Shown piece by piece: positions 1 through 15,080 of a DNA stretch of 64,000 nucleotides; the first letter of the stretch is position 1, and every line of letters begins with the position of its first letter. Source of the stretch: the human T2T-CHM13v2.0 reference genome, Homo sapiens. A program made the position numbers and the translations under genes. The notes beneath the pieces were generated by a model, which saw nothing but the letters and a program-made list of their open reading frames with translations, did no database searches and had not been told where the DNA came from. The stretch is from contig CP068257.2 of the NCBI GenBank assembly GCA_009914755.4, forward strand, positions 26,624,001 through 26,688,000, given 5' to 3'.

Positions 1-1081
1 ACTAAGATCATTAAAGTTGAATAAAATTAAATCATCATTTCAATAGTCTATTGATAATCTAGATTTCTGTTTTATGATTGATCAGCAGAGTTTTTTTAAG
101 ATTATGATTTATAGGAGAACATTCAAACCTTCAAAGGAATCTTTGTAAAGGAACTAATCAAGCAGAATTAAACCTCACCACATAAAGAGAAAACTTTCTG
201 AGTCATTAGTTCAATAAAATGACAGTTACATAAGAGAAGCCTGAGTGAATTGTTATTAATTGTAGCCAAGAAACAAAAAGTTACACATCATGGAAAAGAA
301 GAGTGAGCTGCAATGATGGTTTCATTTTTATTTATAAACATAGCAATCCCTAAAGGGCTCAAGTTGATTAGAAATCGTGTGCATGTGTAATAAAAAGTGA
401 ATTTTTCCCCAAGAATTTGGCATCTAACAAAAATTTTCAGTGCTTTAAAGAATAAGAAAAGGGTAAAGGAAATACAAAGTTCAATAAAATTTTCCAAACC
501 TTTTCTCAAATCCTCAAATACCAGGGTACTTGAATTAGTTCCTGTCAGTTGGCTGATGAGTGAATTGGGATTGTTTTGAAATCAATTGTTGTCAACAGAC
601 TCATTAATTTCCCAAGAATTGGTCAACGATTTACTTTTTTTTTGAAACGCATTAATAAAGTTGACTAAAAGAAATTGGATTTGAGTCATGTTGATTTAAA
701 TAACAGCTATTTTTTTCTATGAAACTTTTTAGTAGTAAGTAATCTAGAAGCATAGGCAGTCACTCTTTTCTCAGTTGAAATAAACCTAAATATATATTAT
801 AAACTTTTTCCTATAGCAATATCATAATATCTGATGAATATATTTGATTTGCCTTTAGTCATTAAACTTTTTCTTTTGACTCCATCAACTTCCAGATGGT
901 GTATTTATTTAAAAATCAAAATAAGCACTGAAGTATGACTAGGAACACAAAATCCAGTTTTTTTCATTTTAGAAAACATAATGCCCCAAATTACTGCTTT
1001 TTCAGAGAAATAAGAATCCACTAAGCCGATACATTTACTTTGAAAAACCAACAACCTCAGTCAATAATTTAAATAATTTCA

Positions 1082-1317
1082 GGCCGGGCTCGGTGGCTCA
1101 CACCTGTAATCCCAGCATTTTGGGAGGAGCAGGCGATCGGATCACGAGGTCGGGAGATCGAGACCATCCTGGCTAACAAGGTGAAAAAAAAAATAGCCAG
1201 GCGCATTGGCGGGCGCCTGTAGTCCCAGCTACTCGGGAGGCTGAGCTTGCAGTGAGCCGAGATCGCGCCACTGCACTCCAGCCTGGGCGACAGAGCAAGA
1301 CTCTGTCTCAAAAAAAA
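1082..1317 (+). mobile_element. Alu SINE with two internal deletions and an A-rich tail to about 1360
   Basis: Starts ggccgggctcggtggctcacacctgtaatcccagc and ends gcgacagagcaagactctgtctc plus poly-A. About 25 bp and about 31 bp are missing relative to the Alu consensus. Confidence 0.9.
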
Positions 1318-2513
1318 TTAATAAATAAAAATAAATTTAAAAAAATAATAATAATTTCAATAATTTCAAAAGATGATTTAATTATATCAACAGCTTTGGG
1401 AATGTTAAGAACATCTACATTTGTTGCTGTTATTTATTATTATTTGGTTTTGTTGTGTTAAAGCAAACTAATATGCCCTGAGAAAGAGTCTGTATTTCTA
1501 TATTTGAGTCCTTGTGGACAAACTGTAACCTAGCTTAACAGGCAGAAAAGATTGAAAACCTAACTTAGGAGTATGCGCCTATAACAATAGCTGAGTCTTA
1601 GCCCATCCCAGCAGCCATACTTCAACCACTCATAGACTGCTGAGTGTTCAAACTGTGTTCGAATAAGGCAAACGCCAACCTGTAACCAATCCCGCTGTTT
1701 CTGTACCTTACTGCCAATTTCTGTCCATCACCTCCCTTTTCTTGTCTACAAATTTGCTCCGATCACGAGCATCCCTGGAGTCTCTCTGAATCTGCTGTGA
1801 TTCGGGGGGTTGCGCCATTCGCAAATCATTCATTGCTCAATTCAACTCCTTTAAATTTAATTCAGCTGAAGTTTTTCTTTTAACAGTTGTTTGATGTTTT
1901 TTAAATAAAGAGGTGACCAGATGATCAGGTTCATTTCCAGTGGATATTTCCTTTTCTGTGTGTGGCAATTGGAAGATGGATAACTAGTGAGTTCCTGTGA
2001 GAACTGTCAAAATGGCATTGCTGTAGTTTTATGAAAGCAAAAAGGTGACATTTAAGATCACATTAAATTCAAGAAGAATTGTCTATGAGTCCAATTTTTG
2101 ATTTCTTGCAAGTAACTAAATAAGGTATATTTTTTATTTTTGGTTTTAGTCATGTCTCTGGTAGAAGACATTCGTGGTATAGCCACAAATCTCCAATTCA
2201 ACACCCATCATTGCTGAAGCTTTCCAAGACAGATGTAGAAGGACATTCAGACAAATTCACGTGGCTCATACCAATATGGTTTGGTCCTAAAACCCCATGA
2301 AACAGGTGAGTTGTGCCACCAATGACTTCCAAGACTCTTGTTTTGCTCCTCTAGATTTATTGTTATCCTATAAACATCTTTGGTGTTTTGTCCTTATAGC
2401 CACAACCTCATATTTACATACATATAATATATGGAGACTCCAAAATATGAACTCTAGGAAAATCACCCATAGAAACATGGAAAGAAATTCTTCACTTCAG
2501 CTACAGCAGCTGA

Positions 2514-2846
<333 letters not shown>

Positions 2847-2939
2847 TGATTTATTTTAAGAAATTGGCTCATGTGATTGTAGGGGCCAGCAAGCCTGTCA
2901 TCTGTAGAGCAGGTCAGAAAGCTAAAACTTCAGGTAAGA

Positions 2940-3235
2940 GTTGATGTGGCAACCTTGGGTGTAAATTCCAAAGGGCAGCAGGCTAGAACACAAGGAGAAT
3001 TTGTATTATTTCATTCTGAAGGAGAATTCCTCATTCAGGAATCCTGTTTTTGCTCTTGGGGCCTTCAAATAATTATAGGAGACCCACCCACATTACGTAG
3101 GGGAATCCACTTTACTCAAAGTCTACTGATTTAAATGTCAATCATATCTAAAAAATATCCACAGCAATAACTAGATGGTGCTTAACCAAACACTGGGCAA
3201 CATAACCTGGCCAGGTTGACACTTAAAATTAACCA
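2940..3235 (-). repeat. Fragment of an older MLT2-type (ERVL) LTR, MLT2B-D-like, 5' part of the LTR, minus orientation
   Basis: The segment cccacccacattacgtagg...caaagtctactgatttaaatgtcaatcatatct...gttgacacttaaaattaaccatgaca is the reverse complement of an LTR beginning TGTCATGG..TGTCAAC. It shows block homology to the MLT2A LTRs elsewhere in this window. Confidence 0.5.
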
Positions 3236-3443
3236 TGACAATATGTTTTTGAAAAAGTGTCATAAACACTCAATAAATGCTTTCTAATAAATATTTAAAA
3301 TATATAATTCTAACATTACTCTTTAATATATTTAGCAAATAAAATCCAGATACAATGCACTAGCTTTTTTCCTATACAAATAAAATTTAAAAAAAAACTT
3401 TGGTTACAACTATTTAAAAACAGTTTATGTAACTAAGCCATTA

Positions 3444-3613
3444 AAAAAATAGTTTTACAGCCAGCCATGGTGGCAGGTGCCTTTAATCCCAGCTACCTGT
3501 GAGGCTGTGGCAGGAGAATCGCTTCAACTAGGAGGGAGAGGTTGCAGTGAGCAGAGATTAGGCCACTGCACTCCAGCCTGGACAACAAAGCAAGACCCTA
3601 TGTCAGAAAAAAA
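3444..3613 (+). mobile_element. Alu right-arm fragment (free right monomer or 5'-truncated Alu) with poly-A
   Basis: agccagccatggtggcaggtgcctttaatcccagctac...gttgcagtgagcagagattaggccactgcactccagcctggacaacaaagcaagaccctatgtcag followed by A13. Confidence 0.7.
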
Positions 3614-3762
3614 AAAAAGATAAAAAAAACAAGAAACAGACATAGTTATAGGTTAATACTTGAAGTGTTTGTTATTCAGCAATAAAACTTTCCCTTGAGA
3701 CTTGGAAGAAACTTAGGCAGGTCCTTTTCAGTTAAAAAAAAAAAAAAAAGCAAACAAAAACT

Positions 3763-4016
3763 GCTTTGGGAGGCTTAGATGGGAGGATCACTTAGGGCCA
3801 GGAGTTCAGAACCAATCTGGGCAACATAGAAAGACCACATCTCTACAAAAAAACAAAAACAAAAACAAACTTTTTTTTTCATTAGCCGGATCTGGCAGTG
3901 CATATCTGTAGTCTTAGACAGCAAGATTGCTTGAGCTCAGTTGTTCCAGGTCACAGTGAGCTATAGTAGTGCCACTGCACTCCAGCCTTGGTGCCAGAGC
4001 AAGGCCCTGTCTCTAA
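3763..4016 (+). mobile_element. AluJ-like SINE, 5'-truncated, preceded by a poly-A tract at 3731-3760
   Basis: ctttgggaggcttagatgggaggatcacttagggccaggagttcagaaccaatctgggcaacatagaaagaccacatctctac ... gtgccactgcactccagccttggtgccagagcaaggccctgtctc. The diverged, AluJ-style diagnostic positions are present. Confidence 0.85.
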
Positions 4017-5278
4017 AATATAATAATAAAATAAATATATATAAATAAAAATTATATAATAAAAACAAATATTGCATGTAAGTCAGGGAAGGGAAAAATA
4101 AAAAATAGAAACCTACCTCACAATCACACATCTTTAACATGGTATCAGGCTTTTAGAAATAGAAAAAAAAAGTTTTATGCCAATTTTAAATATGTGATTT
4201 ATAATTTTCAAAAGATACATTGATTCTTAGTCCTGCAGCAACACTACTGATGAGTTTACAACTGACTAGAGATAGTCTTGCTATAATTATAGGTAGAGCA
4301 CATATTTTTGTAGACATTAAGAGGTTTAGGAGATAAAGAAATTATTATATGGACATTATAACTTTTACTAGTATAGCTATTTTGAATTGAAAAATGCTGA
4401 TGACTTTCAAAAAATCAACTGTTGTTTAAATTAGGTGAATCCACATTAAAGAGGCTTAAGGTTATTTAACACACAAAACAAATCAAAATAGTCTATCTGA
4501 ACAACAAATTTCATGGATCCAAAAAAGCAGATATTTAATCCCTCAACATTCTTGTTCTTTGCCCAGCTAAAATTCCACAATATTTACTGTCTGATACGAG
4601 GGAACTAAGTCATTTTTCTATGCTATATGAATAATAGTTTATTTTTACAAATAGAATGATGTGAAAAATGTATCCATCAAGGTACAAAACCTATTTGCAA
4701 AAATCACCTAGTAATCAATGACATGAGTCCTTTGTGTAAGATATATCCAGGTTCAAATTCACAGTTTTGCCACTTATTAGCTGTGTTATCCTAGACAACC
4801 TTAACTTTCTCATTCCTTAGGTTAATTGTTGGCAATAGTGATATTTATTCTATATTTGATACTTACTCCAGTTTAAATTGGATGTTAAAAAAATACTCAA
4901 AGATTAGAAAATATAATAAAGTAACATGCCCTGGACTGTTCTTTAGCAAGTACTGCTGCTTTAAAATAAAATGTACCAATTTTAAATGCATAGTTCAAAG
5001 TCTTAACTAATGTATACAGTCATGCAGCCTACACTGTAACATGATACAGCATATCCCTATCACTCCAAAAAGTTCTTACATGGCCCTTTGCAATCCCTCC
5101 CCTCTCTCATACTTTGGTCCCTGAAAAGCACTGCCCTATATTTTAAAATCCTGGTTTTTCCCTTTCTAGAATTACAAAGAAATGAAATTATTCAGTATGT
5201 AGTCTTTTACGCTGCCTCCTTTAACTTAGTATAATTCTTTATAAACTCATTTATGTTGTTGCATGTATTAATATTTGA

Positions 5279-5710
<432 letters not shown>

Positions 5711-5719
5711 AGATATTAC

Positions 5720-6965
<1,246 letters not shown>

Positions 6966-8637
6966 CATTTTGAGACAGAATGTAATCATTTTGATCAGAT
7001 ATAAGTTCAGCTCCACAGTTTGAATTCACTAGTATCTTCAGTTAAAGGCCACAGGTGGTAATGATGTCTCCTGTTGCTATATTTAGCGATATAGTAGTTT
7101 TAAGATAGCTCAACTTTAAATATGAAGTTGCGATAAGATTCAGTTTACTCACTCTTCATAAGAAATGTACTGAAGAAAGTTCATATTTACAATATATTAT
7201 TGTTAAAAATAAAATTATAAACGCACTTTTTAATGAATTAATAGCTCTATAAATACCCACTGACTTGGTAACATATGTAAACATATATAAAGCTTAATGT
7301 AACTATTAAACAATGGATTTCAGGTTTATTTTAGAATTTGATATGATAAAAGCACTGCAAAAAGGGCAGTTAAAATGTAGCCTACATATTCTCACTCCGG
7401 ATACTATAAGAAATGAAAAATACCTTGTAAATTACAAGGTAACCCTTGATATATTTGTTTAGTATGCATTTATTTATAATAATTGTATAAACACCTATTT
7501 TTTAATTAAAACGCTTATTGAAGACACTATGAACCATGGCATGCAAAAGGCATCAGGATACAACGAGACAGAGATTAAACTCTCAAGCGTTCATAGTGAG
7601 AGGGCAGACAGACAAATATCATTATAATTCAATGTTGAAATTGGGTCAGAGCTATGTGCTCATGGAGAGTTCTATGCCAAAGTCTATAAAACACAGTTCC
7701 AGTCCAAAGAACTTAAAAATGTAACGACAAAGTGAAATCCATATGAACTTTAAAAACAAAATTCCACATTAATTTCTATAAAACTTGTAATTCATGGTAA
7801 CTAAAGTTTAAATGTCCTATATTTTAAATTTGGTATAATCAATTCATTGCAGTCTCTGTATTGTTATCTCAGTGTGTATGTGTGTGTGTATATTAAATGC
7901 AAAACAATCCAAATGAAAGGCACGAGAAAGATAATATTTTTGTCATATATTTTCTACTCTCAAACTTCCCAAATAAATGCCTGTTAATGATTTCAGGTTT
8001 AAAGGGCCTCTTTTCCAAATGCCAGTGAGCATGACAAGTGGCCCACACTTCAAGACTTTATAGCCCTCTGATATACTTGCTCTCAGACACAAACCAGATA
8101 CTTCACCATCTGCTTTTCTTCTTGCTGATCACTCATGTTTTAGGTTAGATAACATCCACAGAAAACCATAAACACATCATATATTACATGATAATTATCC
8201 TTCCTTAAAGATAACAGAAAAGGAAACCCATTTTCTGATGTCACTTACTCCAAAAAGCTTTAAATCCAAAAGATGAGCAATATCTGTTCCACTGAGAAAT
8301 AAATTAGAACATAAATGTTGAACACTCAAGAAACCAGAGATAAATTCACATACAATAACTCTCCTGAAATTGTCTTTGTTTGTAGCACAATATTAAATGA
8401 GCCCAAAGTGAAGGAAGATAAATAACATTTTTAATTTGTTAGACTATCCCACAGATGCACTGGAGAATGCCGGAATATATAGCACATTAGAAGTGCTTTG
8501 TCTGCATCATGATATTGATTCCTCTGATCATAACGGGATATTTTAGCTCAAAATGTGATTTTTATGGTGAGAATAAGGAGAAAACACTTATTGATGAGCC
8601 CACTATTTGCCAAAAATAGTATATTAAGAAGGAAGAT

Positions 8638-9004
8638 GTTATATTAGTCCGTTTTCAGCCTGCTTATATAAAGACATACCCAAAACTGGGTAATATATAA
8701 AGAAATTAGGTTTAATGAACTCACAGTTTCACGTGGCTGTGGAGGCCTCACAATCATGGCAGAAGGCAAAAGGCACGTCTTACATGGCAGCAGGCAAGAG
8801 AGAGAATGAGAACCAAGTGAAAGGGGTTTCCCCTTATACAACCATCAGATCTCGTGAGACTTACTCACTACCACGAGAACAGTATGGGGGAAATTGCCCT
8901 CATGATTCAATTATCTCCCACTAGTTTCCTCCTACAACACGTGGGAATTATGGGAGCTGCAATTCAAATGAGATTTGGGTCGGCACACAGCCAAACCATA
9001 TCAG
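8638..9004 (-). repeat. Solo MaLR LTR of THE1/MST type, minus orientation
   Basis: The reverse complement reads tgatatggtttggctgtgtgccgacccaaatctcat...cccataattcccacgtgttgt...ctaatacag, the THE1/MST LTR shape (TG...CA). On this strand it appears as tattagtccgttttcagcctgc ... cacagccaaaccatatca. Confidence 0.75.
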
Positions 9005-11726
9005 ATACCCTGAACTATATAAGTCTAAAAGCGAAAAATTCAGGTTTTGCAGTCTGTCCATTCAGTGACCATTTTTAGATAACTAGAGTGATTTGCTGCC
9101 TTTATGCTACTTCCCCCACTCATTCTCTAATTTCAAAGGTGTCTTAGACTTTATCATGAATCACACTATAAATTGTTTTATAAAACTATATTGTTCTTCA
9201 CTTTTTAAAGATGTCTTCAACCTTTACTCCCCCATAGTCATACAGATATGGTAACAAGATCCTACAACAAAAATTACCAGATGTCAAGCTCTGCATTTGA
9301 CTCTGCGCATTTTGAGATCATCAAGTATGTCTTATTCAGCTTCAGTTTCCCAGCCTGACAGAGAACCGAGGACTCAAAAATCTATTGGTTGAATGAAGGA
9401 AACCAAAGTTAGGAGTGCATTAGTCCCCTGGAAGAAACTCATTCATAATTGTATGGTACAGTGTGCTCCCACATGAAAAGGATTAAGAAAAACAATGCCT
9501 ACATATTCGCCTCATTTCTCTCCAGTTACAGTTTTACAGCTTTAACTTTCCCTTTACATCAAATTTCTGGAAAGCTTTGTCTAATTTCTGTATGAATTAT
9601 GATGTCTTGGATTTCACCCTAGCTGGCTATTTTTTCTGTCTCTTTTAAAAGCATCTACTCTTCCTGTCACTAAACTCATGGCCCCAATCTAAGCCCTCTT
9701 TCCTTTCCACTCTACACTTTCAAAAGAGTTAATTTCACCCATGTCCAAATCTTCAATAATAACGTTCACAGATAACTTATGTGTGAAATAATTTATCTAT
9801 ACAACAATTACTTAATATCTCACAAACACATAAACAAACTTGATCTTGTTATTTTATCTTCCAATGTTCCAATGCTAGCTAATTCATCATCACCCATCCA
9901 ATAATGAAAAACAGAGAATTAAGAGTTACCCTGTTCAATACAAGAAAGAGCTACTACATAGTGTGGGGGTTCTGAGAAGGTAGCAGGGGTTAGGACCTCA
10001 AGCACAGGGTACAAGTGGCCTCAAACACAAGGTATATGGGAAATCTTTTTATTATAGTAACAGAGTCAGGTTTGATATCAGAAAAATGAGAAATTCTCTA
10101 CTGAATGGCTTTTGTTTTCAGTGTAAATTACAACATGAATTCATCTACCAAAAATGAATAGGAAAAGTTGGTTGAATTTTTATGAGACACAAGAGAAACT
10201 TGATAGAAATGCCAGGTGGTTTCAAGGTCTCCTTTGAGCATCATGATTATTGACATATAATCAAACCATTTGCCCTGTGGTTGCAGCTTTCTCCATCAGC
10301 ACTCAGTTTCTTATGAAAATAAGTGAGGGAAGAAAAATGGGACAGAAGTAGGTTTACAATTCCTTATCCATGATTCCAAACTCCAAAATGTCCTGAAAAC
10401 CATTTTTTTCCAAATTATTTTGGCTGCAAACCAATTTTCTGATAAGAACTCATGTATAGTCTATATTTATTTAAATTAGAGTACATGTAATACATTTTGC
10501 TAAATATGTCTATTGTTTTATATTATGGGGTACTGTCTCAGACTGTTAGAGGTGTTACGTAATGTTTTAAAAATTTGAATTCTGAATCATGTTTAGTTTT
10601 AAGGGCTTTTTGACAAAGGTTTGTAGATTCAGCATAAGCATCCATTCAGATTTGACATTTTGCCAGAGGGCTTAATTTTTCCATAACTTTTTGACAACCT
10701 TACCTCAGGAATAATGCCATGTGTGTGCTGAAAATTAAAAGGTAAATTATTAAGTTATGCATTTATATTTGATCTACTATTAATTTTATGAGAAAATAAA
10801 GCACTTTTCTGAAGTTTCCCAGAATGCAATGTGACCAAAACCTTTATGGGAAAAGTTTTTAAAGTGATAATTTGGCTCTGAAATTCCCTTTTGTGTTCTT
10901 ATGGAGAATGGATTTATATAATGGCAATGTAATTTTTCATTTAACATATTTTTCAGTATGTTACATGAGAACTGCTTACCTCATGTTTTGATTACTATTC
11001 CTGTATGAAATACTTTAATGGCTTAAAACATAACACTTATTTTATTAATATCAGCTCTCAAGGATTTTGTGGGTCAGGAGAAAGGTTGCAGCTGAGCGCT
11101 TCTGGCTTGGAGTCTCTCATGATGTTCACTCAGATGGTAGCTGGGCCTGGTGCAGTAGGCCTAGAAATATCTTTCTTTCTATGTTTTCTCAAGCCATCTT
11201 CATATGGTCTCTCTATGTGAGCTATTTGGGCTTCCTCACAGCATAACAGCTCAAGGCTCTTGCACAAGGGTTCCAGCAACTAAAGTGAAACTAATCTTTT
11301 TTGAACTAACCACAAAAGTCACACAGCATCCCTTCTACCACTTTTATTTGTTATAAGCAAGTCATAAGCCTGACATTACAAGAAGGGAATAATAATCAGA
11401 GAGGTACTTTGCTACACCTTAATTTCTGTTAAACTCTCCTGTCTTATACCTAGAGGAGCTTTAATATGATCCATATAGCTAAACTTGTGAATCACTACTT
11501 AGAGCCCCATTACTTCATAGTTCGGCAGCTTTTGATACAGCTGCCAACTTTCTCCTTTCTGAAGCGTTTCCTTCCCTTGGCTTCCATGACACCACACTTC
11601 TCCTTCTTCTCTGTTTATATCTTGTTTCTTCATCAATTCAACCTCCCATAGAGGGCTTGATATGTTGAAGTTTCTCAAGAACCCAGGCCCTCTTGCCTTC
11701 TCACCTTGAAATTTCATCCTAGACAT

Positions 11727-12160
11727 TTGTGTTGATTTCCTGAAGTTGCTATAACAAATCAGCACAAATTTGCTAGCTTAAAACACGAAATGAATTCTCT
11801 CACAGCTCTGGAGGACGGAAGCCTGGAATACTTCCTCCAGAGGATCAAAGGGAGCTTCTGTTTCTTGTTTGTTCCAGCCTTTGGTGGCTCCAGATATTCC
11901 TGGGCTTTTGGCTGCATTACTCCAATCTCTGCTTCCATCTTCATATGGCCTTCTTCTCTGGGTCTAGGTATTTTATAAAGTTACTTGGCATTAGTTTTAG
12001 GGCCCACCTGGATAATCCTAGATGATCTTATTTTGAGATCCTTCACTTAGTTATACCTAAAAAACCAATTTTCCAAATAAGTTAACATTCACAAGTCCTA
12101 GGGATAAGGACACAGACATATTTGGTTTGGGGTGGTGACCATAAACACCATTCAGTCCAC
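11727..12160 (+). repeat. MLT1-type MaLR LTR (provisional family call)
   Basis: gttgctataacaaatc...ctcacagctctggaggacggaagcctgga...ttagggcccacctggataatcctag...gggtggtgaccataaacaccattcagtccac matches the canonical pattern gctataacaaaataccacagactgggtggcttaaacaac ... gggggacacaaacattcagtccatagca. Confidence 0.5.
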
Positions 12161-14740
12161 TTCAGCATACTTAGCCTATTCTGTGGATTTAATTGCCATC
12201 TACTTAGAAATTCATATCTCCAGCTTTCTGGGTGTCTCTTCTGAGTTCTACATCTATATATTTATAAACATGAAAACCTGTTTCACATCTCCTTTAGATA
12301 TCAGAAAGATTCCTAACACAGTTGTTCAAAATGAATCTCCCTGTAGATGCTCCTGAATCTGCTCCTCCAGTTCTTATCTCAAAAATGGCATCATAATTCA
12401 CCTTGTTTTGCATGTGTTTACAGATGTTAATTATTTTATTCACAATCTGCATATACAAAGATATCCTGTATTTAATACTTCTTAAATATTTCACCAGTTT
12501 CCCCACTTCTAACCATTCTCAATGCTATCACTCTACTAGAACACGAAATCACCCACTAAGAGTAAAGGAGAACATTGCAACTTTAAGGATGAAGTGTCCA
12601 TTATCAGAAGTCTGGACCCCATCACCGCCATCCACTCTGAAAAATAAGGCTGGCCTTCACTACCTTCAATGACCTCTCAAGTCTTTCCACTTCCATTAGT
12701 TTCCACTGTCACTGTTCTAGTGCAGTCACCATTATTTTTCCCCTGAATGATTGTAGAAGCGCCTAAGTGAATCCCAGCCTCACCATCATTCACCCCTCAA
12801 GCTACCCTCCACCTTGCAAAAACAGTGAACTTACAAAACACAAAACTAGTTTGATCACACAAGTGCCTAAAGCCTTTATGGCTTTTCAATGATTTCACAA
12901 TAAAGTCCAAAATACATAACATGGCCTTTCAGCAAGCGACCACTCTCTCCCTCTCTAGGCTCATTGCCCAACACAGCCCTACTTGCTCTAGACCATGACA
13001 CCTTCTTTCATATGGGCCTCTACACAGAATGCTTCTCTGGCTTGCAATGACCACCCGCTCTACTTCATCAGTAAGTGAAACCCTGATTATCTGTAAAGTT
13101 TTGTCTATAACGCTACTTAATTTTATCTTAATGCCACTTCTTCTGGATAGCTCTCTCTAAATTATAGGCCTAAATTTATCTCTCCATTTTTTACTTTCAT
13201 TCCATTTCATACTTCTTTATATCGCAAATGCAATTGTGCTAATTATCACTACACTTCATCAAATCTAAGTCTACGTTATTTAATAAAACTATTGCCAATC
13301 AAACTGTGACATTCACATTCTTATTAGTTAGAATTTTTGTTTTATCTTAAAGAATGAGCTGTTTAGCCCTATCTACTTGTATTTTATAATATTACATTCT
13401 TTTGTACTTTGCATTCTTTGTTCAAAAAACAAAAATGTTGATTAAAGTATGTATAAAATATCTTCATTATCCCTCAGAGCCCAAATAATCTGCACTACTT
13501 TTCCAGTCAGAATGGTTGATGCCTGTGCTTGCTCATACAATAATATCTGCTGTGTCATCAGGAGTATTGATAGTGTAGTACTTCTTAAAAGTGTTTTCCA
13601 CTTTTGTCTCTGGGAAATTGCTGTCATCCATTCTGAAAATTTTCATGCTTATGCATAGGCAATTAATCGCAACTACCATGGCACAACTACTGGCAAGCCG
13701 TCAATAATTGAGATGCAATACTATTACAGAGATGTTAAAAGAGAAGAAAGAATAATGTAAATTTTAGAATCTAGCAATTTGATACATATTTATATAATTA
13801 TTTGATTAATTCCTATCCCTACTGATAAATTTTCACATCTGCCCAAGCAGATTTTGTATGTTTATGGGGCATTCCATTTCATTGCGTCAATCTTCACCAA
13901 GAATATTACAAAAAATCTGTATCTAGCAGACCTTCCTCTAGAACTCTCTCCTGTTGGGGAGTTTCTGATTACATGCCTGCTTGGAGGACAGGTATAAGAA
14001 ATCAGCTAACACCTCCAAGGACTTACTGTGAGTCAGAGAAGAGCAAAGAAAAACTCCTTTCAATTGTGCCCTTCTGAGCAGGTGAAGGTGCTGCCTGAGT
14101 CCACCACCACACACAGTGCATGAAATTGCTCATGAAATTGCACAAGCCTGTTGTTTTCACCTCACCCAGTTCATGGCATCAAATGGAATACCTGTATCTC
14201 CCTCAGCACACCACTGTGTTCCCTCTTTGGGCTCCTTCATTCGTTGCTGCCTATGTGGACACCTCTTCCTCCCTAATATTTCTTTCCAATGTTTTCAGCT
14301 CTTAGACTGCATTACTAAATCACCAGTGTTTTTAATTGTTGGCCTATCTCTTTGCATATATCAAAACAAGACTCCAGCCCCCAACAATGAGGGATGAGGC
14401 AGGACCTCCTGATGAGTGCTGAGCTGGTAATGCTAGGGGAGCGCTCCAGCATCCTGCTATCCAAATTAAGCCTGAAGCCACTCTTAGTCAAAGAGCCATC
14501 TGAGGCATGGGAAATGCTTACATTCCTCCAGACCAAGCAAGGTACACGGATGAAAGCAGTGAGGAACCAAACTCTGGAAAAGAGAGTTTTGAAAATGGGA
14601 GACCAGTGAAGGACATGATAAATCTCAAGAAGAAAGGTGCAATCTGAAATAACTCGGCTTTGGAAAACTTAGGGACCCAGCATAGGGCACTAGCTTCTAA
14701 TCCAGCACTGGTACTAACTGGATACCTGAGCTCAGACTTT

Positions 14741-15080
14741 GTTGTAACAAAAGATCACCATAGACTGGGTGGCCTGTGAACAATATAAATTTATTTATTA
14801 TAGTCCTGGAGGCTGAAAGCCTGAGATCAGAATGTCTGCTTGGTTGAGTTCTGATAAGGGCCCTCTTTCAGGTTGCAGATCACCAACTTCTCATTGCATC
14901 CTCCTATGACAGAAAGAGAGCTAGCTCTCTGCACTACATATAATGGCACTAACCCATTCATGAGAGCTGCACCCTCAAGACCTAATTACTTCTCAAAGGC
15001 CCCACCTCTAAATATCATCACATTGGGATTAGGGTTTCAATATATGAATTTGGAGTAGGAGGGAAATACAAACATTCAAT
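14741..15080 (+). repeat. MLT1-type MaLR LTR fragment
   Basis: gttgtaacaaaagatcaccatagactgggtggcctgtgaacaatataaatttatttattatagtcctggaggctgaaagcctgagatcag ... attagggtttcaatatatgaatttggag ... acaaacattcaatc. Confidence 0.5.

Noticed and set aside
2151..2307. Exon-like interval bounded by a polypyrimidine tract-AG (tttttatttttggttttag) and a consensus donor (aaacag|gtgagt)
   Set aside because: All three frames are closed or nearly closed within the interval. The only ATG-initiated frame gives a 21-aa peptide. There is no supporting CpG island or further exons. Splice-site-like strings occur by chance at this frequency in AT-rich DNA. It could still be a non-coding exon, but I cannot support this from sequence alone.
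12600..13100. Possible ancient interspersed repeat (strings such as tcactctactagaacacgaaatcaccc ... gcctttatggcttttcaatgatttcac ... ctctctaggctcattgcccaacacagccctacttgctctag)
   Set aside because: It resembles an old MER/MIR-class repeat, but I could not place it in a family confidently. It is left unannotated rather than guessed.
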